A DNA stretch of 64,000 bases from Octopus vulgaris (GCA_951406725.2 OX597824.1:72788001-72852000); one strand, 5' to 3'; positions 1 to 11,842 are shown, numbered from the stretch's first letter. Notes: generated from the sequence alone by a model not told the origin. Numbers and translations are program-made.

Positions 1-572
1 TCACCGGTCTGGAACCCCTATCTTGCTCAGGATATCAATCGTCTGGAAGCTGTTCAGTGACGTGCAACCAAAAGAATACCCTCCATCAGGCATTTGTCAT
101 ATCCTGAACGCCTTACTTCCCTGGGCATGGACACATTGAAACTCCGACGTCTGGCAGCTGACTTGGCAGATACCCATAAAATTATCAACCATCGTACAAA
201 CAATAACTCTGAGCACCTTTTCAAACTCCACCCATCTAACACCCGTGGACATATTTACAAAGTAAGAAAACAGCACAGCTCCCATGACTTCAGGAAACAT
301 TTTTTTACGCTGAGAGTTGCTGAAGCATGGAACAAACTGCCGGCATCAGTTGTTAGTTGTCGGAGCACTGCATCCTTCAAAACTTCCATGCTTCCTGAGA
401 TTCGCCAACACTACACTTGATTTTCTCCTCTCCATACACACACAGGCATGTATCTGACTCATACATTGTTCGCTTTCCAGACATTTCCACATTACTGCAT
501 GTACTTTATATGCACTTTCTGACAAGTTGTGGTGCACCTGAGCGCTGTATACAATAATTTCATTATTATTAT
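1..572 (+). mobile_element. CR1-clade LINE 3' fragment (RT C-terminus, 3' UTR, (ATT)n tail), decayed
   Basis: Translates SPVWNPYLAQDINRLEAVQ*RATKRIP...TRGHIYKV...FFTLRVAEAWNKLP, typical CR1 ORF2 C-terminal motifs; in-frame stop; second copy at 24744-25365. Confidence 0.85.
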
Positions 573-1164
573 TATATATATATATATAATGAAGTAAAAG
601 GATTTCCGTCCTCATCTGTTTTATAAATATATACATATATATACATACATGTGTATCATGGTGCTGTTTTTCTCACAGGTGGTACCCAACTGACCTTACT
701 ATAATATGTAGTCAAGAAAACCAAAGTAAACAATGTGTCATGCGTGAAATTAAAACTATAAAATGGTGACAATCTACCCATCACACCCTGTATGTATACA
801 TGTTTATGTATGTGAAAGGGTGTAGCTTTGTACTTAAAGTATTCAGTTCAGTTTTATAAGGTCACGAGTTTGACACCTGGCAGCATTTAGTGTTCTTGAG
901 TAAGATATTTTATTTCCTGTTGCTACTGTTCATTCACCTGGCAAAAATGAATCGTGCCTGTATTTCAAAGGGCTGGCCATGTTACATCAAGCATACCTGT
1001 GCAGATTTACATTGAATCTCCCCAAGAACTATCTTAAGGGTGTATATGAGTCAGGTGATTGCATGTTAATTTCATGAGCAGGCTGTTCCATTGATTATAT
1101 CAACTGGAACACTCATTGTTGTAACTGATGGATTGTCACTTATGTATGTGTATATGTGTATATG

Positions 1165-1207
<43 letters not shown>

Positions 1208-1235
1208 TTATGTATGTGTGTGTGTATACTCTCTC

Positions 1236-1441
1236 TTTTACTTGTTTCAGTCATTTGACTGTGGCCATGCTGGAGCACCGCCTTTTAGTCGAGCAAATCG
1301 ACCCCAGGACTTATTCTTTGTAAGCCTAGTACTTATTCTATCAGTCCCTTTTGCCGAACCATTAAGTTACGGAGACGTAAACACACCAGCATCGGTTGTC
1401 AAACGATGTTGGGAGGGACAAACACACACACACAAACATAT

Positions 1442-1502
<61 letters not shown>

Positions 1503-1636
1503 TATGACGGGCTTCTTTCAGTTTCCATCTACCAAATCCACTCACAAGGCTTTGGCTGGCTCGAGGCTACAGTAGAAGACACTTGCCCAAGGTGCCACAC
1601 AGTGGGACTGAACCCGGAACCACACAGCCACTCCTA
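1236..1636 (-). mobile_element. tRNA-headed SINE, family 1 (internal microsatellite)
   Basis: Head GGAGTGGCTGTGTGGT...GGTTCAGTCCCACTG and body GGATTTGGTAGACGGAAACTGAAAGAAGCCC recur at about 4170-4825, 16905-17062, 18968-19285, 37410-37797, 39158-39552, 40870-41112, 42850-43115, 45448-45820, 58615-58995 and 62815-62965. Confidence 0.85.
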
Positions 1637-2521
1637 CGTTTAGATGTATATGTTTCTGAGTGCATGTGTGTGAGTTGTTCTATTATTGATAGGATAAATG
1701 AAAAAGTACTCCAGCTGGTGAGTGATAAATGTTCTTTTAGTATACTAATAACTAAAAATAAGCTATTACTTTGGATGCTGTGAATACACAATAAACTGGC
1801 AAATATATATTGTGATTTGTGCTTCCAAGCAATCCTGCATGCTCAAATACACAACATGGCTGGTCTCATTTGAAAAAATGAGAGATGACACTGATCTCTG
1901 AGAGAATATAGGAAATAATTAGAGGAGGGTGAAGGCCAAATGGAACAAAAATAAACAAAAAATGGACTGGTAAAAGGGAGAAAAAAAAGAAACCAAAATT
2001 TAAAAAATTTTCTGTATCTATGGTTATCTTGTCTTTGAAGCCACTGTTAGCAAGGGCATTGTTATCATAGGAGCCTGATTTATCACATATTTCCTTAGAA
2101 GAAGAAAGATTAGATAACCTATTATTGATATTGACAATAGGGGGTGGCAGGATTGTTTATGTATACATGTGACTTTCTCAGTTACTTTATAATAGAGTTT
2201 ATAAGAACACAAGCTTAATTCTAGGGAAACATCTAAGAAATCAGTGGAAAATAATACAGTTCACTCCAGTGGGGGAATATATACACCTCAGAATCTGGAA
2301 AACTGGCCCTATGAACCTATATCTCGGAGTGGACCCTGATCCTTTGAACGCTTTGTGTGAGTGCCCATACTATTGCTAGATAGTCATTGAACCTAGTGCA
2401 GGTTCAGTGACTATTTAGTAACAACAGAAGTTCTCAGAAATTCTTGGGTGGTGTTCAGTACAGTGGAAGACTACTGGGTGTGAGGTACTCCTCAGTTTTT
2501 ATTAAAGTATGTCTAGAAGAG

Positions 2522-3015
2522 TGGAGGCACGTGGCTTAGTGGTTAGTGTGTCAGCATCATGATCGTAAGATTGTGGTTTTGATGTTGGGACCGGGCGACA
2601 CATTGTGTTCTTGAGCAAAACACTTCATTTCACATTGCTCCAGTCCAGTCAACTGGCAAAAATGAGTAACGCTGTGATGGACTGGCATCCTGTCCAGCTG
2701 GGGAACACATACGCCATAGAAACCGGGCCCATGAGCTTGGCTTGGCTTTAAAAGGGTGCATTTGTGGAGGCACATGGCTTAGTGGTTAGGGTGTCAGCAG
2801 CATGATCGTAAGATTGTGGTTTCGATTCCTGGACCGGGCGAGGCGTTGTGTTCTTGAGCAAAACACTTCATTTCATGTTGCTCCAGTCCACTCAGCTGGC
2901 AAAAATGAGTAACGCTGCGATGGACTGGCGTCCTGTCCAGCTGGGGAACACATACGCCATAGAAACCGGGAAACCGGCCCATTAGCCTGGCTAGGCTTTA
3001 AAACGGTGAAGAAGA
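2522..3015 (+). mobile_element. Head-to-tail dimer of a tRNA-derived SINE (family 3)
   Basis: Two ~240-bp units beginning GTGGAGGCACRTGGCTTAGTGGTTAG (A box) with a B-box-like GGTTTCGATTCC; 11-bp direct repeat ATGTCTAGAAG at 2509-2519 and 3016-3026. Confidence 0.85.
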
Positions 3016-3374
3016 ATGTCTAGAAGGTCTCTCTGACATGAAACTGGATATGCAAGGAATGGCATTGGATATTTTGGGGATCTTTTGCCTGCACTGCAGA
3101 TCATGGTGCTCACACATTTCTGAGCCTGTGTCCCATATTGGCACTGGACATCTTGTCCTGGCTTGTCTCTGGATCATGTTAATAGAGTGGAGGGGGTCTG
3201 TGAGGTATTGAGCAAACCTTACTGGACCTATAATTTTATGTTGCACGGTTGCAACATAAAATTTACTTTATCTTTATCTGGTTTCAGCCCATGCTGGGGC
3301 ACCGCCATTTTTTTTTTTTGTTGAAATTTTTTGAAATTTATTTTTGCTACCCCACCACTGCCACAAAGATACAC

Positions 3375-3435
<61 letters not shown>

Positions 3436-3571
3436 ATCGAGTCTTTCTCAAACTCAGACTTATGGCGTCGGCAACTGCGTAATAAAGTTTAATAACAAAA
3501 AAAAATTGTAATTTGATAAACTTTTCTGTTGCTTCACTAATTGCTAATTGATGACCTCTTTTTAATTGCAG

Positions 3572-3738
3572 GACCTGTATCTTTTCAGTATTGATCCGTG
3601 GAGGTAAACCATCACCCCTGTCAACAGTCTCTTTAGCATTTATCTTCTGTTTCTTCAACTCTTACATACAAGTTCGCTCACTCATGAAATATTCAATCTT
3701 TCCTCCAAACTGGCTTTACAGTTTCCAGTTCATAGCAG
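3572..3738 (+). CDS. SRD5A1: Steroid 5-alpha-reductase (SRD5A1-like), internal exon, 167 bp
   Basis: ttgcag|...|gtttgt; encodes TCIFSVLIRGGKPSPLSTVSLAFIFCFFNSYIQVRSL...FQFIAG, matching the RGGKP...FC..N.Y.Q segment of SRD5A1/2. SRD5A1 versus SRD5A2 orthology cannot be resolved here. Confidence 0.9.
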
Positions 3739-4369
3739 GTTTGTACAGCAGGGTTCTTGATTATCTCTTACAATTCTTATTTATATAATAACATCACATT
3801 CACGTCCACCAACTTACATACACACACTCACAAGCCAATGAAAGAACTTATATGTGGTTACTTGACTACAAGAATAGTAGCCAAATTCCTATCAAATTAC
3901 ACTGTATCACAGGGTTGGGTTCTCAAACATTTTTTCCTCATGTAGCCATTTATCATGTCCATCAGTGTTGACTTACCCCTTGAAAAGGATGTTGTGTAAA
4001 ATGGCTGGAGACCATGAAACAGAAAATAGTGCTTACCATTCTGTAGACAACATAAAACAATGTAGGATTTGTTACTAATTACATTTGAAAGTAGGCAATG
4101 AGCTGACAGAATTGTTATTGTGCCAGACAAAATTCTCAGCAGCATTTCTTCCAGATCTTTTTCTTTTTCCCTCTTACTTGTTGCAGTCATTTGACTGTGG
4201 CCATGCTGGAGCACCACCTTTAGTCGAGCAAATCGACCCCAGTTCTTATTCTTTGTAAGCTTAGTACTTATTCTATCGGTCTCTTTTGCCCAACCACTAA
4301 GTTACAGGGACATAAACACACCAGCATCGGTTGTCAAGCGATGTTGGGGGGACAAACACAGACACAGAA

Positions 4370-4408
<39 letters not shown>

Positions 4409-4448
4409 TACATACATACATATATATGACAGGCTTCTTTCAGTTTCC

Positions 4449-4678
4449 TTATTTCTTTATTGCTCACAAGGGGCTAAATATAGAGGGGTCAAACAAAGAC
4501 AGACAAAGGGATTAAGTCGATTACATCGACCCCAGTGTGTAACTGGTACTTAATTTATCGACCCTGAAAAATGAAAGGCAAAGTCGACCTCGGCAGAATT
4601 TGAACTCAGAACATAACGACAGATGAGATGCCGCTAAGCATTTCACCCGGCGCACTAACGTTTCTACCAACTCGTCGC
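4449..4678 (-). mobile_element. SINE family 4 nested in a family-1 SINE
   Basis: Core GAGGTCGACTTTGCCTTTCAT...GTCGATAAATTAAGTACCAG on the minus strand; 12-bp TSD CTTTCAGTTTCC at 4437-4448 and 4679-4690. Confidence 0.85.
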
Positions 4679-5931
4679 CTTTCAGTTTCCGTCTACCAAA
4701 TAACTCACAAGGCTTTGGTCAGCCCAAGGCTATAGTGGAAGGCACTTGCCCAAGGTGCTATGCAGTGGGACTGAACCCGGAACCATGTGGTTCGTAAGCA
4801 AGCTACTTACCACACAGCCACTCACACATGTGGATGTTCTGAGTTCAAATGCTGTCAAGGTCAGCTTTGCCTTCCATCTTTTCAGGATCAATAAAGTAAG
4901 TACCAGTTGAACACTAGGGCTCATGTAATTGATTCACTTTTCCCTAAAAATTGCTAGCCTTGTGTCAATATTTGAAACAATTACATTTAGAAGTCAAAAC
5001 TTCCAAATGACATAATTGAGGATTTTTGGTATCTTTTTGTGCATAAATACTTTTTACTAAATCTGAGGGTACACTATCTAAAAGTAGCTGATTGTCACTA
5101 CTTCAAAATTCCATTGTTGTTACAAATCTCACATAACTCCATAATATATCTCTTGCATACTCTTATGTTGTCTTCTGTTGTCTTAAAAAGTAAATCAAGG
5201 TCAGCTTGTATAATGGAACTTGGAGTACACTGCCTTAATGAAAGAAAAGGCATGGTCATATCCTAAATCCCTTTAATCAGTTTAATCAAGGTTTCCATGA
5301 ACATAGATAAGCTCAGTATGGGCTCAAAAATAATTACACCTACGCACTATATCATCAATATCATTGCAATAATGATTTTTAATATGAGCACATGGTTGCA
5401 ATTGCAAATTGTGAGAGAGGATTCAGTTTTTATTTTATTGAAGCCCCTAAAGTAGGGTTTCTCACTCTGGGATGTCTGCACCACCTGGGAGTGCAGCAAA
5501 GTAGGAAGTATATATATATTCATTTGCTCACTTAATGTCACTTTTCTCATGCCAGGATTAAATGGGTCCATGTTTGAGGCAGAACTTTACAGCTGAATGC
5601 TTTTCCTGCCACCAACCTTTTGTTATTTTTCAAGTTAATGTTACCATATTCCATGGATTTCTGAAATTACAGAGTGATTGATCAAAATTTCAACAAAGAG
5701 TGTAAACATAACATTGTTTTGCTCAAGCAAAAGCACAGGCATGGTTGTGTGGTTAAAAAGTCTGCTTCCCAACAATGGGAAGTTCCATATAGCCCTGGGC
5801 CAGCCAAAGGTTTGTGAGTGAGTTTGGTAAGCAGAAACTAAAAGCCTGTCATATATCATCATCATCATCATCATCATCATCATCTTCATCATTGTAATCA
5901 TTTAATGTCCATGTTCCAGCATGGAACATGG

Positions 5932-6340
5932 TCATTAAATGAAGTCAAATAAGCAAATACAATCATTCATCAACAGATGCTTACGTAGTATACTTAAAAT
6001 TAGATGGCCCGAACACATAAGCAATATGGAGCTATGGCAAAGAACAAATCAAGTTTCGGTTAGGGAGCAAATAATTAAGAGAAAAAGTGGAAGTGGATTG
6101 GTAGCACAATTAGAAAAGACATACCAAATGTAACGAAAAGTGCTTTACAGTGGAATCCGGATGGATATAGAAAGAAAGGTAAGCCTAAGAACTCATGGCG
6201 TAGATCAACACAGAAGGAACTAGAGAAAGGGGGACATTCATGGCAGAGTATAAGTACAGAAGTGAAAAATTATACGACATGGAATTCAACTATAAGTGGC
6301 CTATACTCCGCGTTGGAGGGTTAAAGGCAGGAAGAAGTTC
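5932..6340 (+). mobile_element. RTE-clade LINE 3' fragment
   Basis: IQSFINRCLRSILKIRWPEHISNMELWQRTNQ, followed by frameshifted W.W.G and GKPKNSWRRS motifs of the RTE ORF end. Confidence 0.75.
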
Positions 6341-6776
6341 CATGCTGGCATGAGTTGGCTGATTTAACAAGAATCCAATGAGTCAAGCACTGCATTGTTC
6401 TTCAGTGTCTGCTTTGGCATGGACGCCCTTCCCAATACCTGCACCTTACAATGTGCACTGAATACTTTTTGGGGGCCATCAACATTATTGAGGTCAGCAT
6501 GTAGCTTGCAAGTCAACGAGACCAGGGAGGAAGGTGTTGCCTCTGTGTATGTTGGATAGGAATTAAGATATATTTACACACACACACATTAATAAGGGAG
6601 AGTAATGAATGTCAATAACAAGCACCTTGCAGGAGTGGTAGTGATGACTCATCAACATCATATATATATATATCATCATCGTCATCGTCGTTGTCATTGT
6701 CCATGATAATGTTTTATTGCTGATCATTGTACTAAATTCCTTAACTTTGATACCTTTTGCATTTCCCAATCTATAG

Positions 6777-6878
6777 GCTGTATCTTATTCTTCATCGGGA
6801 TGGCCATCAACATCCATTCAGACCATATTCTACGAACATTACGGAAACCTAACGAAACAGGATACAAAATCCCACAAG
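6777..6878 (+). CDS. SRD5A1: SRD5A1-like exon, 102 bp
   Basis: ctatag|...|gttagt; GCILFFIGMAINIHSDHILRTLRKPNETGYKIPQG contains the conserved NIHSD..LR.LRKP..TGYKIP.G motif; phase matches both neighbours. Confidence 0.95.
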
Positions 6879-7152
6879 GTTAGTATAAAGATATAATAAT
6901 AATCATTAAAATAATCATTATCATTTAACATCCACTTTTCTATGCTTGCATGGATCAGGCTGAATATGTTGGGGCATATTTTCCATGGCTTGATGCCTTT
7001 TGTGTTGCCAAAGCTCACCTGTTTCCAAACAAGGTAATATTTCCCCATGGCCAAATAGGTTTTTCATGGAAGTCTGGAAACAAACAGCATTGCTTGTATA
7101 AACACTGATACTCATCTACAACCAACATGTTTCTGCCAGATCCCTACCATAA

Positions 7153-7670
7153 CCCCTTGACAAAGGTTGACGCAAATATGCGATCACACTTTTGCTTGCC
7201 TACCCGCAGCTAACGTAAATATACGATGTAAAGCTGCCCTACATCTATCGTGGACTTTTTAGTGGCTGACGTATGTTTACGTTCGCTATCGTGTACTTTA
7301 TCTCTTGAGGTGCACGCGCTCGCTGTCCTGTGCATTATCTTAGCTATTTTAGGTTACGTTCAAGTCAAGAAACTAGCAGTAGACCAATGACACGCGGATA
7401 CTTTACATGCATAATACCATGTTTTGAGCTGTACCACACGCAAGCTATTTTTTGAACTTGAGCAGAATAACTCGTGTCTATCATATTATGATAAATAGCT
7501 TCACATAGTTCGTTTTCATAAACCAGTAGACGTAAATGTACGACGCTATGTTATTGTAACGGTGAATGTAAATAGACACGTGCTCGTTGGCACTTGTGTG
7601 TTTGTGGTCTCAGATAAAAAAAAAACGGAGCAGCGTCTCGCATGCTTTGGGTAATACCGGCGTCAAGGGG
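7153..7670. mobile_element. piggyBac-type MITE
   Basis: Termini CCCCTTGAC...GTCAAGGGG flanked by ATAA/TTAA; CpG-rich interior. Confidence 0.7.
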
Positions 7671-7915
7671 TTAATAATGGTTTCAAATTCTGGCATAAGG
7701 TCAGTATTTACAGAGAGAGGAGGTTAAGTTGATTACGTTGACCCCCCCTCCTCCCCAGTGTTCAACTGATACTCATTTTCATTTATCTCTAAAGGATGAA
7801 AGGCAAAGTTAATCTTGGCAGCATTTTGAACTCAGAATGAAAAGATAGACAAAATGCTGCTAAGCAGTATGCCTGGCATGCTACTGATTCTGCCAGCTTG
7901 CTGCCTTAATTGCTA

Positions 7916-8136
7916 CCTTTTGAGACCAACCCGGCTGAAACCGGCTCTGGCTCTGTAGTACAAATGTCTTGTTTTCGCAAGTTTAGAATTAAAATCTTCT
8001 ACCAAATCTTAGTCACAATTTATGTTCCTAACATTAGCTTAATGATAACTAAGTTATTTTACTAAATTCTTTGTTATATTTAAAATTGATTGAAAGAAAC
8101 ACAAAGCATCTCTAAATAAATACAGTAACGAAAGGG
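7916..8136. mobile_element. piggyBac-type MITE (~220 bp family)
   Basis: Ends GTAACGAAAGGG|TTAA; other copies at 20175-20395 and 39770-40334. Confidence 0.75.
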
Positions 8137-8507
8137 TTAATAATAATAACACATTCTAAATTTGGCACAATGCCAGCAGTTTTGAAGGGAGAGGGATAGT
8201 GAATTACATCGACCCCAGTCTTAGACCAGTATTCTATTTAATCAACTGCAAAAGGATGAAAGGCAATGTAGACCTTGACGACGGTTGAACTCAGAATATA
8301 AAGAGCTGGAACAAATACCACAAGGCATCTAGTCTGATGTTTATAATGTATTTTAATTTAAGCCCAAGACCAGCAGTTTTTGGGAGAAGGCATTAGTCTA
8401 TAGCATCAATCCTAGCACTTGTACTTTATGGTATCAAACTGAGAGCAATGAAAGGCAATTGTGACCTCAGTAATATTTGAATACAACATGTAAAGAGCAG
8501 TGATCAA

Positions 8508-8728
8508 CTCTTTAGCATTCAGATTATTCTGTCAAATGTAATACTTACTTATTCACATTGTTTTGAATTAATCATGCAATATCTTGTAGCTATCAGATTT
8601 CAATGATGTGATTGTTTATTTTTAAAATGACATTGTAGGGTAAGTGTAAGAGGCAAGATCTGGTCAGTTTGAACATAAAACAGGTAGAATATTTGGGTTT
8701 GGATATGACTAATTTAAATGCTAATAGG
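8508..8728. mobile_element. Second TTAA-flanked MITE family
   Basis: CTCTTTAGCATT...AATGCTAATAGG|TTAA; better copy at 38548-38766, partial copy near 57020-57190. Confidence 0.65.
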
Positions 8729-8829
8729 TTAAGTACAGCAAGGTATTTTGTCTGATGCTGTAATGATTCTACCAACCCACAATCCTAATAATAACAACTG
8801 CTTCTGATTTCATAATAATAATAATAATA

Positions 8830-9316
8830 AAAGATGGGCTACAACAAATATTCTGCTCAATACCACAGATTTGCTTATCAGTCGTTTGACCATAATCAGT
8901 TAAGCATGTCTCTCAGTGGTTGACGATATGTGCATCTCTGATCATGAGCAGAAGTAGTGGGGGAGTATCATAGCCGTGTGTTGAAAATAATTCTTAGACA
9001 TTTGGATAATTCAGGGGTGGTTCGTTCAACATCCTTACACAATCCTTATTCAGGGACCTTTTGGGCAGGATGGGCTACTCGACCAGAAGAAAATTCTAAC
9101 TGGGCTCCACCCACCTGCAAGGTCATGCACTGTTTATCTTGATATGAGATCACCATATCGCGCACATATGATTGTGATGCATGTGCCTAGTGTACCTTTA
9201 TCAGACGGGTAGTCATGATGGGTATACTGGGCTTCGTATATTTTACGCCAGTGTCACTTTGATGGCATACACTGCTCTCTCACTCAATAATAATAACAAC
9301 AATAATAATAATAATA

Positions 9317-9349
<33 letters not shown>

Positions 9350-9360
9350 ATAATAATAAG
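8830..9360 (+). repeat. Interspersed repeat with (AAT)n tail, probably LINE 3'-UTR derived
   Basis: Near-identical block at 21705-22075; ends in an (AAT/AAC)n run. Confidence 0.6.
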
Positions 9361-9670
9361 GCGACTACAGTACCAGTGATTGTAGGATCTCTAGGAATGA
9401 TAAAAAAAGTTACTGAAACCTATTTGAAAATGATACCAGGCTTACCATCCCTACAGGAAGTGCAAAAAATCGTATTAACTGGAACGGCTCATGTACTGAG
9501 AAGAGCATTATCGCTGTGAAAACAACATCCATTTTTCATGAATTTATTTATTTATTAATTTTTAAATACATATTTTACCTGTGAATTTGCATATATAATC
9601 TGGGGATGCATACAATGAGCTTCTCTGCCCTAGGTGTACGGAAAACACTTGGTGAGAAACGGAAGACAGA
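9360..9670 (+). mobile_element. RLE-type (R4/Dong-like) LINE 3' end
   Basis: VPVIVGSLGMIKK...LQEVQKIVLTGTAHVLRRALSL* is the typical C-terminus of restriction-like-endonuclease LINEs; related pieces at about 20960-21190 (+) and 22075-22170 (-). Confidence 0.75.
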
Positions 9671-9972
9671 AGGAAATAATAATAATAATTATAATAATAA
9701 TAATAATAATTCTTTCAAATTTTAACACAAAGCTAGTCATTTTATGGAGAGGAGGAAAGTCAATTGCATCAACCCAGTACTTGACTGGTACGGTATTATA
9801 TCAACCATGAAAGGTACAGTTAACTTCAGAAGGGTTTGAACTCGGGATTTTAAAGAACTGGGAGAAATTTCACTAAGTATTCTGTCCAGTATGTTACGAT
9901 TCTGCCAATTTGCCACTTTAATAACAAACAACAACAGCATCAATAATAATTCATTCAATTCTATATTTCCAG

Positions 9973-10123
9973 GTGGAATGTTCAAATATGTAACCGCTGC
10001 TAATTTATTTGGAGAAATAGTTGAATGGTGTGGCTTTGCTATTGCATGCTGGTCACTTCATGCTTCAGCATTTGCATTGAGCACATTCTGTGTACTTATC
10101 CCACGTAGCTACACTCATCACAA
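9973..10123 (+). CDS. SRD5A1: SRD5A1-like exon, 151 bp
   Basis: ttccag|...|gtaagt; GGMFKYVTAANLFGEIVEWCGFAIACWS...PRSYTHH matches the GGLFEYV..AN..GE..EW signature. Confidence 0.95.
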
Positions 10124-10324
10124 GTAAGTCATACTTTAACCATTCTTTCTTCTCTGTTTCTCTTTTTCTTGCTTCCTCTCTGTCTCTCTGTTACTGCATT
10201 TAGTTGTTTATGGCTATCAGCGATGTGATTTTGTTTGTTGTTACATGACTTTGTAAAGCCATGTAACATTGTATCATTTGCAGCTCTAAATAATGAAATT
10301 AGAAACTGTTACGACAAACTGTTT

Positions 10325-10630
10325 CATCATCATCATCGTTTAGCGTCCACTTTCCATGCTAGCATGGGTTGGACAGTTCAACTGAGCTCTGGGAAGCCAG
10401 AAGGCTGCACCAGGCCCAGTCTGATCTGGCAATGTTTCTATGGCTGGATGCCCTTCCTAACGTCAACCACTCTGTGAGTGTAGTGGGTGCTTTTTACGTG
10501 TCACCGCACAGGTGCCAGATGAGGCTGGCAAACAGCCACGGTCGGATGGTGCTTTTTACGTGCCACCGGCACGGGGGCCAGGCGAGGCTGGCAAACGGCC
10601 ACGGTCGGATGGTGCTTTTTACGTGCCATT
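10325..10630 (-). mobile_element. SINE family 2 ((GAT)n tail, internal ~50-bp tandem units)
   Basis: Core GGCGTTAGGAAGGGCATCCAGC and tail GGACGTTAAACGATGATG; further copies at about 12075-12520, 21275-21455, 23378-23622, 27805-28135, 29990-30205, 33487-33950, 35768-36127, 36860-37168, 39909-40272, 41500-41872, 41906-42215, 43375-43740, 57950-58348, 60520-60802 and 61695-62140. Confidence 0.85.
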
Positions 10631-10697
10631 TAAGAGATGAGGAATTATGTACATTATTTACATTCGACGGATATTTGTCCTCATCTTGTTTGTTGTT

Positions 10698-10743
10698 AAC
10701 ACAACGTTTCGGCTGATATACCCTCCAGCCTTCTTCAGATGTC
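10698..10743 (-). ncRNA. Minimal type I hammerhead ribozyme motif
   Basis: gacau-CUGAAGA-A-GGCUG(gaggguauau)CAGCC-GAAAC-GUU|guguu: full core, 5-bp helix II, palindromic ACGU helix III, helix I gacau/guguu. Confidence 0.75.
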
Positions 10744-10883
10744 TTGGGGAAATTTCGAACCTGGCGTCTCATTAACAACCTCCTAAGCAGACCGAGTGCA
10801 GATGTGAGCAGCATATGGGAACTGGTATTAAGGAAGGATAGAAGGATATTAGATTTATAAGCCCTGAAATTCACTCCATAATT

Positions 10884-10953
10884 GCCCATGGCGTAGTGGT
10901 TAAGAGCGTGGGCTACTAACCCCAAGATTATGAGTTCGATTCCAAGCAGTGAA
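10884..10953 (+). promoter_or_regulatory. tRNA-like internal Pol III promoter module
   Basis: A box TGGCGTAGTGGTTAAGAGCG, anticodon-like arm GTGGG-CTACTAA-CCCCA, B box GAGTTCGATTCC; acceptor stem not intact. Confidence 0.6.
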
Positions 10954-11067
10954 CTGAATAATAATAATAATAATGATAATGATGACGACGACAGTGACGG
11001 CGATGACAACGATGGTGACGATGAAGAATACCTTAGAAATGAGAACCCAAGTTCAAAATTTCCCCAA

Positions 11068-11113
11068 GACACCTGAAGAAGGCTGGAGGGTATATCAGCC
11101 GAAACATTGTGTT
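11068..11113 (+). ncRNA. Minimal hammerhead motif, helix III palindrome mutated
   Basis: gacac-CUGAAGA-A-GGCUG...CAGCC-GAAAC-AUU|guguu; ACGU changed to ACAU relative to the inverted partner. Confidence 0.65.
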
Positions 11114-11504
11114 AACAAGAAACAAGATGACAAATATCCGTTGAATGTAAATAATAGACTGTTTCATATCATCATTTCTGTAGTTGGTCTCTCTTCTCTG
11201 AGCAACACCTAATTAGCATCCTTCCCTCACCCTTATCATTGAAACCCACCCTCAATCACATTTATTGTTTACCAACTTCTGCAGAGTTGGTGTTAGGAAG
11301 GACATCCAGCTATAAAATTCCTGCCAAAACAGACGCAGTAGCCTAGGGTAGTTTTTCTACCTGGCCTGCTCTTGTCAACCATCCTACCCATGCATGGAAG
11401 ACGGACATTAAATGATCATGATGAGGATTGCATCCTATGACTACTGGAAATTTGCTCCAATAAATGAAAATTATGTAATTACCATGAATATATATATATA
11501 TATG

Positions 11505-11805
11505 TGGAGGTGCAATGGCCCAGTGGTTAGGACAGCGGACTCACGGTCATAGGATCGCGGTTTCAATTCCCAGATTGGGCGTTGTGAGTGTTTATTGAGC
11601 GAAAACACCTAAAAAGCTCCACAAGGCTCCGGCAGGGGATGGTGATCCCTGCTGTACTCTTTCACCACACTTTCTCTCACTCTTTCTTCTGTTGGCCTGC
11701 TCGCTTAGCCAGCGGGGTGGCGTCATTCAAAGGCTAAAACAATGCGAACGCATTGTGACCAGTGATGTGTAACAACATGGTCTGGTCGGTCACGTGATCA
11801 TGGTG

Positions 11806-11807
<2 letters not shown>
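11505..11807 (+). mobile_element. tRNA(Arg)-like-headed SINE, family 3
   Basis: GGAGGTGCAATGGCCCAGTGGTTAGGACAGCGGACTCACGG...GGTTTCAATTCC; relatives at 14772-15020, 20559-20840 and 18400-18710 (-). Confidence 0.8.

Positions 11808-11842
<35 letters not shown>

Larger units (their letters stand above)
10634..11155 (+). mobile_element. Penelope-like element 3' end with inverted pseudo-LTR copy
   Basis: ~120-bp inverted arms (10653-10773 vs 11038-11155). ORF stub NNLLSRPSADVSSIWELVLRKDRRILDL* (10774-10860) resembles a PLE GIY-YIG C-terminus. Each arm carries a hammerhead motif. Confidence 0.7.

Noticed and set aside
661-790. Acceptor-like TTTTTCTCACAG as a candidate upstream SRD5A exon
   Set aside because: No SRD5A-like peptide follows; it ends in CACCCTGTA, typical of a decayed Tc1/mariner MITE.
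9181-9519. 112-aa ORF with a poly-Asn tract
   Set aside because: An (AAT)n tail fused by chance to a LINE C-terminal fragment.
10884-10953. Possible functional tRNA gene
   Set aside because: Acceptor and T stems do not pair; it lies within a repeat.
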